From: Neophaeotheca triangularis
Lineage: Eukaryota
Assembly: GCA_054600435.1 (NCBI GenBank)
Contig: BAAIJX010000046.1
Location: 62,001 to 126,000 of the forward strand
Length of the DNA stretch: 64,000 nt
Direction of reading: 5' to 3'
Shown: one piece after another, positions 37,451 to 49,473 of the stretch
Layout of the letters: each line of letters begins with the position of its first letter
How positions within the stretch are numbered: the first letter of the stretch is position 1
Translations under genes and position numbers: made by a program
The notes under the pieces: generated by a model
The model's database searches: none
The model's input: the letters and a program-made list of their open reading frames with translations, nothing else
Told to the model about the DNA's origin: nothing

Positions 37451-38296
37451 CTGGCTGAAGAGGTACCTTTGAGTCAGGGTGGGGATCGACAGGGCGAGCG
37501 TGAAGACCTCAGCTGGACCGGCTGGGGAATCTAGAAAACCACGTTCATCGGTCTCCTCCTCAGCTCTCTCAGAAATCTTCAAGGATTTGTCCCACAGGCA
37601 AGACGATAAGTGCATGAAAACGTATGATACCATTTAACCACACCCCTTCTTGCTGGGGGACGCCCGCTGCAGGGCGAAGACGGACACCGGGGCCTGCGCA
37701 GCCCCCTCGTTGGACGTATTGGCACATTGACATGCTCTTTCGGGAATACCTTTGCTGATTCGAGATGCCAAATCTACAGAACGGGGTGTGATGCGTGTTC
37801 TTTACAGAATGGAAACAAAATGGCGGCGGGCGGAGCAAAATGTGTGCTGTCACGGCGAAACGAGAGCAAAACAGCGACTTGATGTGATATCTGGCGTGGG
37901 CGGCGACATTACTACAGCATGGCGGTCTACTTCTCTTTTCTTCTACGTACATACCTGCTCTCTTCACAGAGTACGGCGTGAGTCTGTCTGTCGGGCTCGC
38001 AAACGCCATGGGAAGGTGAAGGAGTGGATTCTGGCATGGTACGAGCGGCGTGTCGGGGGGGTATCAGCTCTGACTACTGGGTGTTGTTGTGGCGACACAC
38101 GCAATATATGTAGTCGACGTATCTTCTCGCATGCTGCTGCTTTCCCTTTCCTTGACTTCATATTGTCCATTGCGCTGTAGCGTTCGCCAAGTACAAGGTA
38201 AGAGCGTCTCAAGCCGCCATTTCGCTCATCGACGCACTTAGGTCTCTACAGTTGTTTAGTCCTTCTGGCAAAGTCTGCTTCTCCTTTCCTCACCCT

Positions 38297-39281
38297 TCAC
38301 ATGTTTGCCACGTTCAGGCCAGCGTCTGTGGACGTATCAGTACCGATCCCGATCCTCATCGTCGTCGAAGTAGTGAGCTCACCTATCTGGACGTTCTGCC
38401 CCGTCATACTAGTGTTCTTCGCCAACATGATATACGCATCCGCGCAATCACTAAGATCGGTCTGCAACCCCAAAGTATTAGCAACGCCCGACCATAACCC
38501 GCAAAGGCCCAAATGACAAGTCATCACTCACCTCCCTCTTCAAAACCGCCCTCTCCTTCAAAACCTTAATCCTCTCGTCCCCATAAACGTTCCCCCAATC
38601 CGTCAACAACAACCCCGGCAAAACCGCATTAACCCTCACCTTCTCCCCCTGCGAATTTGCCAAACACTTCATCAAATGCAACTGCGCCGCCTTGGTGACC
38701 GAATACGCCATGCTGGACCCCCCCAGACTGACGCCGGCAATACTCGAAGTAATCAAAAACACGCCGCCCTCGGCATTCTCGCGGAAAATCGGCATCGCGG
38801 CCTTGAGCAACGCGTGCATGCCTTTGACATTAACGGCCCAGCATTTATCCCACTCGGCCTCGCTCATGGCGTCCAGGTCGTCGAAGGCGGTGAATTTCGT
38901 CCACCCAGCATTGCCGACGACGATGTCCAGGTGGCCGAAGGCCGAGTGGGCTTTTTCGACGCAGTTGGCGCAGTCGGAGAGGTTTCCGCAGTCGCCTTGG
39001 ATCACGAGCGTCTGGGTTTGGTAGCTTTGTTGCAGCTTTCGGGCCAGCTCTTCGGCGGCTTGCGCGTTCGAGGCGTAGTTGATGGCGATCTTGCTGCCTT
39101 GGGCGGCGAACTTTTCGGCTATGGCTGCCCCTAGGCCTCTGTGGGTTTGAATTAAGCGGGCGTTTGAAGTATAGGGGGTGTAGTAGTTGGTTGTTTGGGG
39201 CTTGTGTGTGCTAGGTGGTTGTTGTGCTTACCTCGAACCGCCCGTGATGAGCACGCTTCTCCCTTTTAAATCGTAGACCAT
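38297..39281 (-). CDS. Short-chain dehydrogenase/reductase; exons 39281-39232, 39138-38532, 38461-38383, 38325-38297
   Basis: Spliced TGGSRGLG cofactor motif, GNAG, SS..G, YSVTK (YxxxK), VRVNAVLPG and MTGQNVQIDAG. Confidence 0.9.
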
Positions 39282-39513
39282 CTTCTTAAAATGCCAAGTC
39301 TTTGCTGCGACTTACTAGAGCTCTTGATTGCAAGTATTCGTTACTAGGCGATGCTTCTTGTCGTAGTGATTGGTAGTCAACAATACAGAACCATCAAAAT
39401 ACCCCGCTAGATCGGCTTCGAACATTATATATCCTCGGTACACGACCGTTGTCTACACAGTCGAACAACCGATAATCCTACCCCTACAACAACGAAGAAT
39501 TATATCCCGCCCA

Positions 39514-42500
39514 CTAAGAGAAATTGAAATCTCCGCCAAAGTCATCCATCCCTCCCATGTCAAGACCCGCAAAAATGTCCTCTTCCTGGTTTGGATCTTG
39601 ACTCTGCTGCTGACCGCCTGCATTCTCCGCCCCATTCCCACCAACAAGACTGGCCGAAGCGTCCATTTGCTGAGGAGGATCCGTCATGTCAAAAGACAAG
39701 TCACCAAATATGTTCTGTTCCTGTTGGTTCATCTGCACGGAACCCGCGTCGGCCGTCATATTGGCGAAATCTTGCCCGGATACATTGTCGAGATCCATCA
39801 TATTGGCGACGTCCTGGCTGCTAAAGTCGGGTGCTTCTGATGTCTGCATCATTGCGTCGCCTTCTGGGTTCGTCGGCGCGCTCGTGCCTACATTCGCCGC
39901 ATTGACGTCGGCGTTGGTGAGCCCGAGGTCTTGCATCATTTGATCGGTGCTCTGTCCGGCGATTGCCATGGGCATGGCCATCTGCGGCATCTGGGGCGGA
40001 GCTAGCTGGGCTTCTACCCGACGGCTCAGACGCACGAGTGCTTGGGCTTGCTCGACAGGCTTGCTCAAGACGCGGGCAAGATCCAGCATCTCGAGACGTA
40101 TGGCATCGCGCAGGTTTAGCCTCACCCCCGAGCTGGACAGTGGGTTGTTGCTGTACGCATCCGGTTGCGATGGGCTCTCTAGTACAGGGGCGGAGACGAT
40201 CGAAATGCAAACATCCAGTGCTATCGACCCACTGCCCATTGCGGTCTGTTCACTCAGCTCGGTGACTAAAGCTCTCAGGACCGTGGCGGCGCCCAGGGCC
40301 CTACTTGCAACGCTAATCATCCCATGAGAATATTCCGGTGGGGCATTGACGCCGCTGGCACTTGCCCAGAGGGTCAGGTCTCGAACATGGCTTCTGACGC
40401 ACTGCGCTAATCCGCCGTGGGGTGTAGAGGCCCAAGATTCCAGTTCGGCTCTCGTACAGCTCAGTGCGCGCTGTTGTGAGGTGTGGGGTTTTAGCAGAGC
40501 CATCAAGCCTTCTGCTGGCTCTTTCTTTTCAGGTCGACGTCGAGCGAGCTCCCCCAGCGAGCGGTAAAGGGGCTTGCCGACTATGCCCAGCACCGCCTTG
40601 TGCATTGCCAGTGTTTCTTGAGAACTGCTTGACGGTTTCAACAACTTGTCCAAAATCTGTAGCAAGATGTCCGCATCAGCGTGGTCTTCCAAAGAATGTT
40701 CGACAAGCCAGCTCAGGCCACCAATCAACGATGGAAGTAGGAACGGCTCAAGCAAGAACTCCAAACCGCCCTTCAGAGTACTGATAGCGAGCATTTTTGA
40801 CTTGCAAGCTTCAACACTTTGATCGAACAGAGTCGGCACCAACATGTAGAAGGCCTGCGGCGGACACTGCGACATAACCTCGTCTCCTATACCCGCTGTT
40901 TCGCCGTGCTCATCGGTGGAGTACAGGCCTTCGATCCACTTCGCCAGCTGCTTGTTCTGTTCATCCGTCAGGGCATCCTTTGGTATGCTAGAAGTGCCAT
41001 TGTCCAGGACTTGCGCCACGAAGCCATCGCTCCCCGTCAGTCCAATGTCTTCTTTTCTTAAGTCATAGCGATGCGTGACAACGGATATGAGTAGCAACAC
41101 AGACGCGAACTCCTCGTATGGTGGTTGGAATTCGCTCTGGTCCTGATCGTGCACCCACTCATTCAGCAAATTGCAAAGCGGTAGGAGAAAGCTCGCGGGT
41201 TGCGCGTACTGCACCAGGACATCTAGGTTGGCTGGTTTGCGAATCAATGCGTGGCAGACCGCTTTCAGCGACATTGTGTCCTTGTTCGAATACATGTTGT
41301 TGATAGATTCAACGACACATGTTGCAATCGCGCCACAGTTGCCCTGCATGCCGTCCAGGTCTTCTATCAGGGATTCCAGCTTTGTCGTATTATTGTTGCA
41401 TTGCGCAAGTAGCCCCTCTTTCGTTAGCCTTGTGACTCGAGGCAATGCCAGTGGTGGTTCGCCTAGTACAGCAGAGATGGCAGGCTCGCTGATGAGCTGA
41501 TGTAGATGGCATGCCTGCAGAAACTCCAGTCTCGTCAACTGCAATTGGTCTTTGACCCCGGTGCTATCGCGGGTCATTGGTGGGACCGGGTTCATGTTGA
41601 TTGCGGTAAAAGCCATCTGGATGCAGTTTTCGACCGTGAAAGGAGGAATCATCGATCCAGACAAGCCAACAAAGAATAATGGCAGCTTGTTGCATATGAA
41701 GGACCTGACCAGCTTCACTTGCGGGCGAGATTCGTGTCGCAGCATGCTATTGGCAAGATTGTCGAAGGATGCTATCAATAGGTCGACGATTAGAGACTGG
41801 AGATCTCCCGAGTACCTCGCTTGCAAATATCCAAGCAGGGCCATGTCGTCTGTCTGCGGCCTGGCGCATAGACAAGCATTCAACCAGACGTAAAGTCCAG
41901 CGCGGGAGTTGGTTACGGGGAGGTCCGCAATTGCATTCTGCACGTGTTGTGCCGTGAAGACGGGCAAACCGTCTTCGCCAGTCTCCACAAAAGGGGGACA
42001 TCGTGTGACTGCTGATAACTGCGGTGTAAGCTGCGACTGCACGGCGTTCAGGACGTTCATAGAGAAGTTTTCCGTTCGTGTCACAATAGAGGCTCTCGTC
42101 TTCTTCCACCATGATGCCTCCTGCACCTTGCGAAATGCAGGATCGTAGAATACGACGAGGGTTAATCGGCCCAGGGCCTCGTAGGTGGCGACTGTCGCTG
42201 AATCAACGGTATGGAGAGGCCCAAATTCGACCTGCCTAGAGCTTTCTCGGTCGGCCACGCTCTGTAGCCATTTTCCGAGCGCAGAAACGGCCTGTGAATT
42301 TCGCCAGTGTTGACTTTCGACAGAGGAATTTCTGTGAGCTGACGCCAGGACATTGAAGACCAATTCCTCAAGACTCGGTAGACCAGCGATCTTGGACTCT
42401 ACGGGCTTCTCATCGCCTGTATTTACGTATGGCGATTGTTTGAGCAGCGCAAGGAGGAGATTGCGCGGGCCAGTCAGGTTGTGCCTCAGGAGCAGCTCAA

Positions 42501-42726
42501 CATACGAAGCAATACGGGGACTCGGCCCGGAGGTATTGGAAGATCCGAGTCCGATAATGGCTTTTGCTACACCTGAGCCGTGAAGAGGGTACTTTTCAGC
42601 CAGCTGTTTGAGGGCCTGGGTTAGCTCTGCGGCATCGATCGAGCGGTGAAGGCAATTCCCAAAGAAGGTCCTCCAGATGGATACGGTATCCTCCGCCTGG
42701 GCTCGAGCAGCTTCAGGTCCTCCCAT
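39514..42726 (-). CDS. med5: Mediator of RNA polymerase II transcription subunit 5 (Med5/Nut1); alternative upstream in-frame ATG at 42864
   Basis: SRAGLYVWLNACLCARP, LIVDLLIASFD, RSFICNKLP, DQDQSEFQPPYEEFASVLL, GIGDEVMSQCPPQAFYMLVPTLFDQS, LKGGLEFLLEPFLLPSL, low-complexity acidic C-terminus. Confidence 0.85.
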   Translation of the reverse strand: MGGPEAARAQAEDTVSIWRTFFGNCLHRSIDAAELTQALKQLAEKYPLHGSGVAKAIIGLGSSNTSGPSPRIASYVELLLRHNLTGPRNLLLALLKQSPYVNTGDEKPVESKIAGLPSLEELVFNVLASAHRNSSVESQHWRNSQAVSALGKWLQSVADRESSRQVEFGPLHTVDSATVATYEALGRLTLVVFYDPAFRKVQEASWWKKTRASIVTRTENFSMNVLNAVQSQLTPQLSAVTRCPPFVETGEDGLPVFTAQHVQNAIADLPVTNSRAGLYVWLNACLCARPQTDDMALLGYLQARYSGDLQSLIVDLLIASFDNLANSMLRHESRPQVKLVRSFICNKLPLFFVGLSGSMIPPFTVENCIQMAFTAINMNPVPPMTRDSTGVKDQLQLTRLEFLQACHLHQLISEPAISAVLGEPPLALPRVTRLTKEGLLAQCNNNTTKLESLIEDLDGMQGNCGAIATCVVESINNMYSNKDTMSLKAVCHALIRKPANLDVLVQYAQPASFLLPLCNLLNEWVHDQDQSEFQPPYEEFASVLLLISVVTHRYDLRKEDIGLTGSDGFVAQVLDNGTSSIPKDALTDEQNKQLAKWIEGLYSTDEHGETAGIGDEVMSQCPPQAFYMLVPTLFDQSVEACKSKMLAISTLKGGLEFLLEPFLLPSLIGGLSWLVEHSLEDHADADILLQILDKLLKPSSSSQETLAMHKAVLGIVGKPLYRSLGELARRRPEKKEPAEGLMALLKPHTSQQRALSCTRAELESWASTPHGGLAQCVRSHVRDLTLWASASGVNAPPEYSHGMISVASRALGAATVLRALVTELSEQTAMGSGSIALDVCISIVSAPVLESPSQPDAYSNNPLSSSGVRLNLRDAIRLEMLDLARVLSKPVEQAQALVRLSRRVEAQLAPPQMPQMAMPMAIAGQSTDQMMQDLGLTNADVNAANVGTSAPTNPEGDAMMQTSEAPDFSSQDVANMMDLDNVSGQDFANMTADAGSVQMNQQEQNIFGDLSFDMTDPPQQMDASASLVGGNGAENAGGQQQSQDPNQEEDIFAGLDMGGMDDFGGDFNFS

Positions 42727-43379
42727 GTCAGATGACAGCCAGCGTCTGAAAATTTGCGTTGAAAACGATGATAGTCCAAGACGGTCCAAGGAGGCAGTGG
42801 TTAAGAAGGGCTCAAGGCATTCTGGGTATAGATGCTGTGGGCCTGTTTGGATGATCAGCGACATGCTTCAACGTGCCATTCACTTCGACAACTCACGTAT
42901 AGCGCCTTTAAGCTATTCTATCATACAGCTGGGTTTATCTCGTCGTGCTTGTCAATTCTACGTGAGTACCTAGTTGGAGGTATTGAGTTCAAGAGTTAGA
43001 AGGCGATGCAGCTGGACGATCGCTTGGCGCCTCCCTCCATTCAATGTCCTCGATGCGAGCCCGGGCCGAGACGTTCCCGAGTCTTGGAGATGTCACATCT
43101 ACCTTACAGGTACCTCCTGCAACTGATCGTTTACCAAAAAACGTTAGATACGCTTGTTGTTCCCGTCTTGCAAAATGATAGTGACTTGCCCATCCATGGT
43201 AGGCTTCATTGTGACTCGTGTTGCGCAATGATAATTGTCTTAACAGGAATGTCGGCTACTGCGGATAACCTCTATCAGGCCGCGAATACGTCTAATCTAT
43301 GTCCAGACAATGCCAAACGACCACCAAACACAACGCTCGAGACCAAAAGGAGAGCCACCTCGATCTATCCCGTCCTTCA

Positions 43380-45149
43380 CTAAATCACACTAGCCTCCAA
43401 CCCCAACCGCCTTCTAATCTGTAAGTACATCTCATAAACCCTCAACTTGCCCGCAACCCTCGCATACTTCGCTAGCGCCAGCAGGTAATCAGCCGCATTG
43501 CTAGGCCAGAGCAAACTGCCGCGAATTCCCTCCACACTTTCCTCGAAAACACTCCTGGCCGCATACCGCGCCAGAATCATAAAAGTCCTAACCGGCCCCT
43601 GTCTAGTCTGCAGATTCTCGTCTAAACTGCGAGTCAAGTCGTTAGTTTTGAGGATCAAGAGGATGACTCGCGGCACGCGGCTGAGCAAGCCGACGAGCTG
43701 CTCGATGAGGCCGTCGCCGAGGGCGTTGGTGATGTTTTCTTTCTCCGCTTCGGAGCGGTTGCTGGTGACGCCCGAGCCGGCCGGGTTACGGAGGGTGCTG
43801 TAGTCGCGGCCGGTGATGGCGGAGGCGAAGAGGGGGAATTCTTCGTCCGTGATGCCGGCGATGGTGTGGGCGTAGTGACGCATTGCTGGTTCGTCAGATT
43901 CAATTACCGCCAGCCAGAGGTGGGCGTAGGCGCGGCGCAGGTGCGCGGGGATGTCGCGGTAGAGGCCGTGATCGTAAAGGATGATGTCGAAGTTCTGAGG
44001 GTGCGGTGGGGAGTCGGGGGTTTTGAGGCGAACGGCGAGGTTGCCTCCGTGCGGGTCGCAGTGGAGGGGTGCGTTGTGGCCGAAAATCATTTCGTTGAAA
44101 ATGCGACTCAAGGCTGCCGAGACCTCGTCGCGGTCGATGTTGTGGCTGTCGAGGTATTCAAGGTCGTCTGGCCGGGCGCCCGTGATGTATTGCATTACCA
44201 AGATACGTCGCTCGGCCCAGAGGACGTCGGGGATGACGAGGGGAGTGTTGGGGACCGAGGAGAAGTAGGCTTTGCAGTGCATCGCGTTGCGGCCTTCTTC
44301 TCGAAAGTCGAGTTCTTTGGGAAGGGAGACTTCCATTTCTTCCGATAGCCAGGTGAGATCGTACTCTGGGAAGAAGTATTTTAGTGTGCGGAAGCTGAAG
44401 CGTGTGAGGGCGAGGTCCAAACGGGCCCAGTAATCTAATGCTGGATGTTGGACTTTGACAGCCACCTTCTCGCCCGTGGCTTTCATCGTTGCAATATGCA
44501 CTTGTGCCAAAGATGCCGCGCCTACGGGTTTGGCTTCAAAAGTTTCAAAGTAGTCCTCCAACGTTTTGCCCGTGTCCTGCTTGACCATCTCCTCTATGCT
44601 GGTGTAACTCGATACCGGACACTGATCTTGCAGAGGTATAAAAGTGTCGCACCATTCCGACGGCAGTAGATAGTTCAAGCTACTCAGATGCTGACCCAGC
44701 TTGATGAATATACTCCCGTTCTTCTCCATGGCAAGCAAAGTACGCTCGGCGCATCGCTTGTGACAAGCCGAAAGAAGAGCGTCATACTTGGGATCCTCGT
44801 GCTTTTTCAACGTCTTGAGATAGTCACGCACGCATAGTCCCAAAGTCACCACAACCCGCCCACTACGCTCCGCCGAAACGTATGCAAATCTAGCCTGCTC
44901 GCTGAAGGCCAGTGCACCCGCTCCCGCAACGAAGATGGTGGTCGTTGCAATGGCGACCTTCCGCCGTTCGCGGATGTATCGCGTACCATTCCGCCATGCT
45001 CTTTTCCCTGCTTGTGATTGAAAATACTGCGACGTCGAGAAGTTGGCTGTGGGTCTAGGACCTTGAGACTTGAGGCATTCGCGGCAGATCCAGGGCCTGG
45101 CGGATTGGGTGAAGGTGGAGAGGGTGCTCCACGTTGATAGCCTGATCAT
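43380..45149 (-). CDS. ABC1/UbiB atypical kinase, mitochondrial (ADCK1/Mcp2-like)
   Basis: Presequence-like N-terminus, NGSIFIKLGQHL, GAASLAQVH, VAVKVQHP, ELDFREEGRN, HCDPHGGNL, LYDHGLY. Confidence 0.9.
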   Translation of the reverse strand: MIRLSTWSTLSTFTQSARPWICRECLKSQGPRPTANFSTSQYFQSQAGKRAWRNGTRYIRERRKVAIATTTIFVAGAGALAFSEQARFAYVSAERSGRVVVTLGLCVRDYLKTLKKHEDPKYDALLSACHKRCAERTLLAMEKNGSIFIKLGQHLSSLNYLLPSEWCDTFIPLQDQCPVSSYTSIEEMVKQDTGKTLEDYFETFEAKPVGAASLAQVHIATMKATGEKVAVKVQHPALDYWARLDLALTRFSFRTLKYFFPEYDLTWLSEEMEVSLPKELDFREEGRNAMHCKAYFSSVPNTPLVIPDVLWAERRILVMQYITGARPDDLEYLDSHNIDRDEVSAALSRIFNEMIFGHNAPLHCDPHGGNLAVRLKTPDSPPHPQNFDIILYDHGLYRDIPAHLRRAYAHLWLAVIESDEPAMRHYAHTIAGITDEEFPLFASAITGRDYSTLRNPAGSGVTSNRSEAEKENITNALGDGLIEQLVGLLSRVPRVILLILKTNDLTRSLDENLQTRQGPVRTFMILARYAARSVFEESVEGIRGSLLWPSNAADYLLALAKYARVAGKLRVYEMYLQIRRRLGLEASVI

Positions 45150-45479
45150 CTCATTGTCGTAAGCGATGCTAGTCCTTGGTCAAGGTCCAGTCTGTACCCT
45201 AAAAACCCGATCGTACTTAGCGAATGTGAGAAGCAGCTGGATGATTTGTTCAGAGATGGTCGTCCGTTATCTACGCATCAACTTTCCAAATGCGCCGTCT
45301 CGGCCCGGCGATACAACACCTTCGATCTAATCTAATCTGACCAAAGTCCGAAAAGGGCAAGGGTGTCGCGTCTCGTCCAACGACACATGTGCTAGCTGGC
45401 AAGTTGAGCCCCGAGAACATACCAAGGGCCGTATACAATTGCAACCACGCATCGCAACACCACGTCCAATACCCCCAAC

Positions 45480-46273
45480 ATGTGGTCGCTAATACCCTGG
45501 CTGGGCCTGGCGCTCCTGTTCAACCAAGCGCAAGCCCTCCACTTCTACATCGACGGTCCCACGCAAAAGTGCTTCTTCGAGGAGCTACCAAAGGACACAA
45601 TGGTAGTCGGTACGGGCAGCCATATAAATCCTCGCATACCGAGCCACAAAATACTAACACTACCTCCCAGGCCACTTCGGCGCCAAACAATGGAACGCCC
45701 AAAGCCGCCAATACGTCGAAAACCGCGACATGGTGCGGCCCTCCCCTTTCCGGAACCCTTAGCTTTAAAACCAGACTAATTCCTCCCTTCTAGGGCATCT
45801 ATATCACCGTCGACGAAGTCTTCGACAACGACCACAGAGTCGTAAACCAAAACTCACCCTCATCGAACGGAAAATTCACCTTCACAGCCGCCGACAGCGG
45901 GGATCACCGACTCTGCTTCACGCCGACCGGAATTGCCCACAGCCTAGGCCAACTGCTGTCGGGAAGCTCGGTCGGCGGGATCCAACTGTCCCTCGACCTC
46001 GTCATCGGCGCGACTTCGGAGCTCGAAAGCAGCGACAAGGACAAGATGGGGGAGGTTGTGGCCAAGGTTCGGGATTTGAATGCGCGCTTGCAGGATGTGA
46101 AGCGTGAGCAGGTGCATCAGAGGGAGCGGGAGATGGAGTTTAGGGACCAGAGCGAGCATACTAATGGGAGGGTTGTGAGGTGGACGCTGTTGCAGTTGGT
46201 GGTGCTGGGGGTGACTTGTGCGTGGCAGTTGAGCCATCTGAGGGCGTTTTTCATCAAGCAGAAACTCACGTAG
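45480..46273 (+). CDS. p24 / emp24-gp25L GOLD-domain cargo receptor (Erp1-like); exons 45480-45609, 45671-45732, 45794-46273
   Basis: Signal peptide, ALHFYI...KCFFEELPKDT, GKFTFTAADSGDHRLCF, coiled coil REREMEFRDQSE, TM segment, and FFIKQKLT tail (KxKxx ER-retrieval signal). Confidence 0.9.
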
Positions 46274-46818
46274 TTTCTTTTGGGATAAGAGGGGATACGG
46301 CGGGGTTTGTGCTGCGCAGCGGGGTTCAGGTAGGATTGTATGAATGATGGGAGTTTGCTGAGATACCGATTCGCGTCAGACACTGGTTGTTGCCGTGACT
46401 TGTGCGTCAGGAGCTGCTAATGCTACTCATGGCCGTGGGAAATGCTGTGTTGGTAGATGACATCGTGAACTTGGGCTCTATCGCGGCGCTCGATGTTTGG
46501 TCGCAGACATGGTGTCAAGATCAGTTCTAGGCATTGGCCTCCACGTCTACTATTCAAAATGTACATCACGAAGGGTAAAAGCATAGCGTTTCTCTCGCGA
46601 GAGCAGGACGTATCTACATTATAAAAGCGGGCGTACCCTTCATGGACCATATCGAGAAGGCCCAGCCCAGTACCCCCAAACACCAGCGCTCATCAAAAGC
46701 TCAACCCAAGCGGCAAAACCGCCAAAATCCCGTGAGAACAGAAAACCCACCCCCCTAAATCACCTCTGTTGTACGTGATGTTCAACCGACAAACCGTCCC
46801 TCCTCTCTCACTCCAGCT

Positions 46819-49473
46819 CTACCCAAGCATCCAAGCAAGCAACCCCCCAGCCCCAACAGCATCAACAACCACAACCGCAGTCGCCATCCCCCAAGCGACC
46901 CAGCTAACCTCGCCCCTCACAACCACACCTCCCGGACCCATAGCCTTACCCCCAATGCCACCAACTCTACCCTTCTCCCTCAGCAAGCTACCGAATCCGA
47001 TGACCGCGAAGAGCAAACAGCTGCCGACGGCGAAAACGACGCCAGCGTCCACTTCTGCGGCGTATTTGTGTTTGCCCGTTGAGACGAGGATGTAGGCGAC
47101 GAAGAGGAGGCAGAGGGAGGCGATGAGGCAGACGGCGGTGAAGTGTGGGAGGAAGGGGGACGAGGAGTAGGCGTGTGGTTTGGAGCGGGAGCGGAGGTAG
47201 GGTTGGGAGGCGTGGGTGGGGAGGCTGCCGTAGGTGTTGTTGGCGAAGGGTTGGCGGGGTGCAGAATGCTTGCTGCGACGGGGAGTGGTGGATGTTTCGT
47301 CGTCGGAGCTTGTGGGGGATGCATCCGTGGGAGTGCGTGGCAGGAGGCCTTCTTCTTCCGGAGCGGAGTGGTTGAGCTTTTTCGGACGGCGCGTGAAGAG
47401 GCTTGCAAGTGGCTCGAAGATCTTGTCGAAGACGGTGCGTTCGTTCGGGTCTACGTAGATGACGTAGGCGTCGCCTTGGTCGGAGTCTTCAGGGTTGTCG
47501 TATTCGTTCCAGTACTGCTGCTGCTGTTGATGCGCGTGCTCTTGCGGGGCATGTGCTCGAGTGCGCTTTTTGCGAAAAGAGCGTAGTTGGGGTGCTTCAA
47601 TCTCGGTGTTGATGGACGATTGAGTGCCCTCGACTGCCGTGGTGCTGTCTGTGACACCTACGGCTGAGCTGGGTGAAGAGGAGACTCGTGCTGGGGAACT
47701 GGTGTTGGAGGTTCTTTTCGTAGCAATCGATGGCGGCAGTTTGCGAATGTCGCGGTGGAGAAGTGACATCCAGAAGGGAGGCGAAACGTGTTTAGGCTCG
47801 TGAGCGGCGTAAACAGCGTGGTATTCGAGAGAGAAGCCGGGAACGCGCTCCACGAGATGGCTGCGGTTTAGGGCGTGGAGCAGAGAGGAAGCTCCCCGGC
47901 CTTCGTAGCGGACGAGCAGAACAGCGAACGGGAAAGATATGGATGATTGTGCGTTGGCATCCTGGTCGGCCTTGCGAATTCTTATGTTAGTGTCGAGTGT
48001 CGCAAGTGTTGTGTGTTCTTGGTTGTTCCCGAGGCCGACGAAGCGTGATCGGTTGCTACCAATCACAGCTAAAGGTTGTGTTTGCTTGTCATCATTAATT
48101 TGCTCGCGTAACGACAGCAAGTCTTTCCTTTTCGCTATGGATATCTCGGAGTTTCGTCGACCGTCCAGCTCGGATGACGGATCGAAAAAGGTTTCCAGGT
48201 GCTTCCTTTTCATGCCTGCCTTTTTCACCTGCCCACTCGGCTCTTGCAATGAAACAACAGGATCGTCTTCATCGCTCGAGTGAATGCATACCTTTGCTCT
48301 CTGACGCGTGGTTCCAGGTACAGTCTCTCGTTGGTGCACGGTCAAAGCACTCTGCTCACGTACGAAATCGTCAACGTCGTCCGCAATGAGCAAGGAATAG
48401 TCGCTTGTGTGTGGAGCTAGACCACCGGAGCTTTCTTTGCGTTGTATGCCCGGGCTGGATGGGTTAGACGATTGCATGCGCTTGTTAGCAATAAAGTAGC
48501 GGCTGTACTGCAGCATCGGTATCTGCAACTCGACGACGTTCTCTGGGTGAACCAGGTAGCTCGCAAACGCCCCATTTTCTCCGAGGGGGACCGTAGACAT
48601 GGCAGTGTCGAAATCCACATTCGACCCTCCTTCCAAAGCGGCAGTCAAATCATTCACGGCCGGGAGAGTAGAAGATGACACTCCGTTTTCGTTGGGGGTC
48701 ACTTTTGGGAGGCCACCTTCGTACAGAGAGCGAATGCTACTCAGCGTCTCGGAGTAGTCATTGAGTAGCGGTCCTAGATCGGTCTTGGTGAAACTCTTGG
48801 GTTGGTCCAATATATCCGCCCGCACCCGCCCTTCTAGCCTGGCCGAGCCACTCCATTTCTTGTACTTCTTCAACAGTTTCCTAAAGCCCGTCCTCTGAGC
48901 GCTGATGAAGCGCGCAAGACTCTTGATCTCATCACCAGCCTTCAACAAATCATTCTCAAGCTTTCCGTAGCGCTCCAATCGTTTCACAGGTACCCTCTTG
49001 CCAGGCGGTGTGTTCTTGCTCGAGAGCTGATGGAGCTGCTTCCTCGCATGTTCTGCAGACTCATCAGCGTCGGCGCCCACGCAATGCAGACCTGGCCAAA
49101 CCTACCGATTCTTCTCTGTATCTCCCCGGCCTTGCTCCTAACGAAGAGGTCTACTCGGAGGTGCTGTTCTTCAAAGATGTTGTATAGCGCATCCTCGACT
49201 TCCTGCAATTTGTCGTCTCCGCTACCGGGTATGGATACGCTCTTGCCTTTGCCCGGGGTGGTGTTTTCTTTGATAAAGTATTTGATCTCGTCGTAGTCGA
49301 TATTGTCTAAAGGTTCAGAAGGTCAGAGGTAGTCCCAATGGCACGCTTACCGACAGCGTAGAGAAGCCGAGGTGGGGTGGAGGCAGAGAAGGAAAGGCGC
49401 ATTGATGTATAAGGTACGTACGATGGCTCCACGCGGGGATGGACCGCTGCCTCAACGTCTTGCCGTACTTCAT
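46819..49473 (-). CDS. SPX-domain protein with divergent VTC-like central domain and C-terminal TM segments; exons 49473-49422, 49306-49106, 49052-46819
   Basis: Spliced MKYGKTLRQRSIPAWSHHNIDYDEIKYFIK and TGFRKLLKKYKK (SPX); YLVHPENVVELQI, RSRFVG, ATLDTNI, FPFAVL, SHLVERVPGFSLEYHA, PFWM...DIRK (VTC-like); three hydrophobic segments at the end. Confidence 0.8.

Noticed and set aside
37448..37533. CRM1 stop in TGA-CTG context (leaky type)
   Set aside because: The readthrough extension (LAEEVPLSQGGDRQGEREDLSWTGWGI*) has no PTS1 or other signal, so there is no support beyond the context.
35117..37633. Long antisense ORFs (346 and 328 aa) over CRM1; likewise 52063-53208 over the SDR, 32407-33198 over the LURP gene and 61273-62013 over the orphan
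   Set aside because: Shadow ORFs expected from C/G-ending codon bias on the coding strand; no recognisable motifs.
38246..38299. Cryptic peroxisomal signal by readthrough of the minus-strand SDR
   Set aside because: Stop context is TGA-AGG and the extension ends in KQL, which is not a PTS1.
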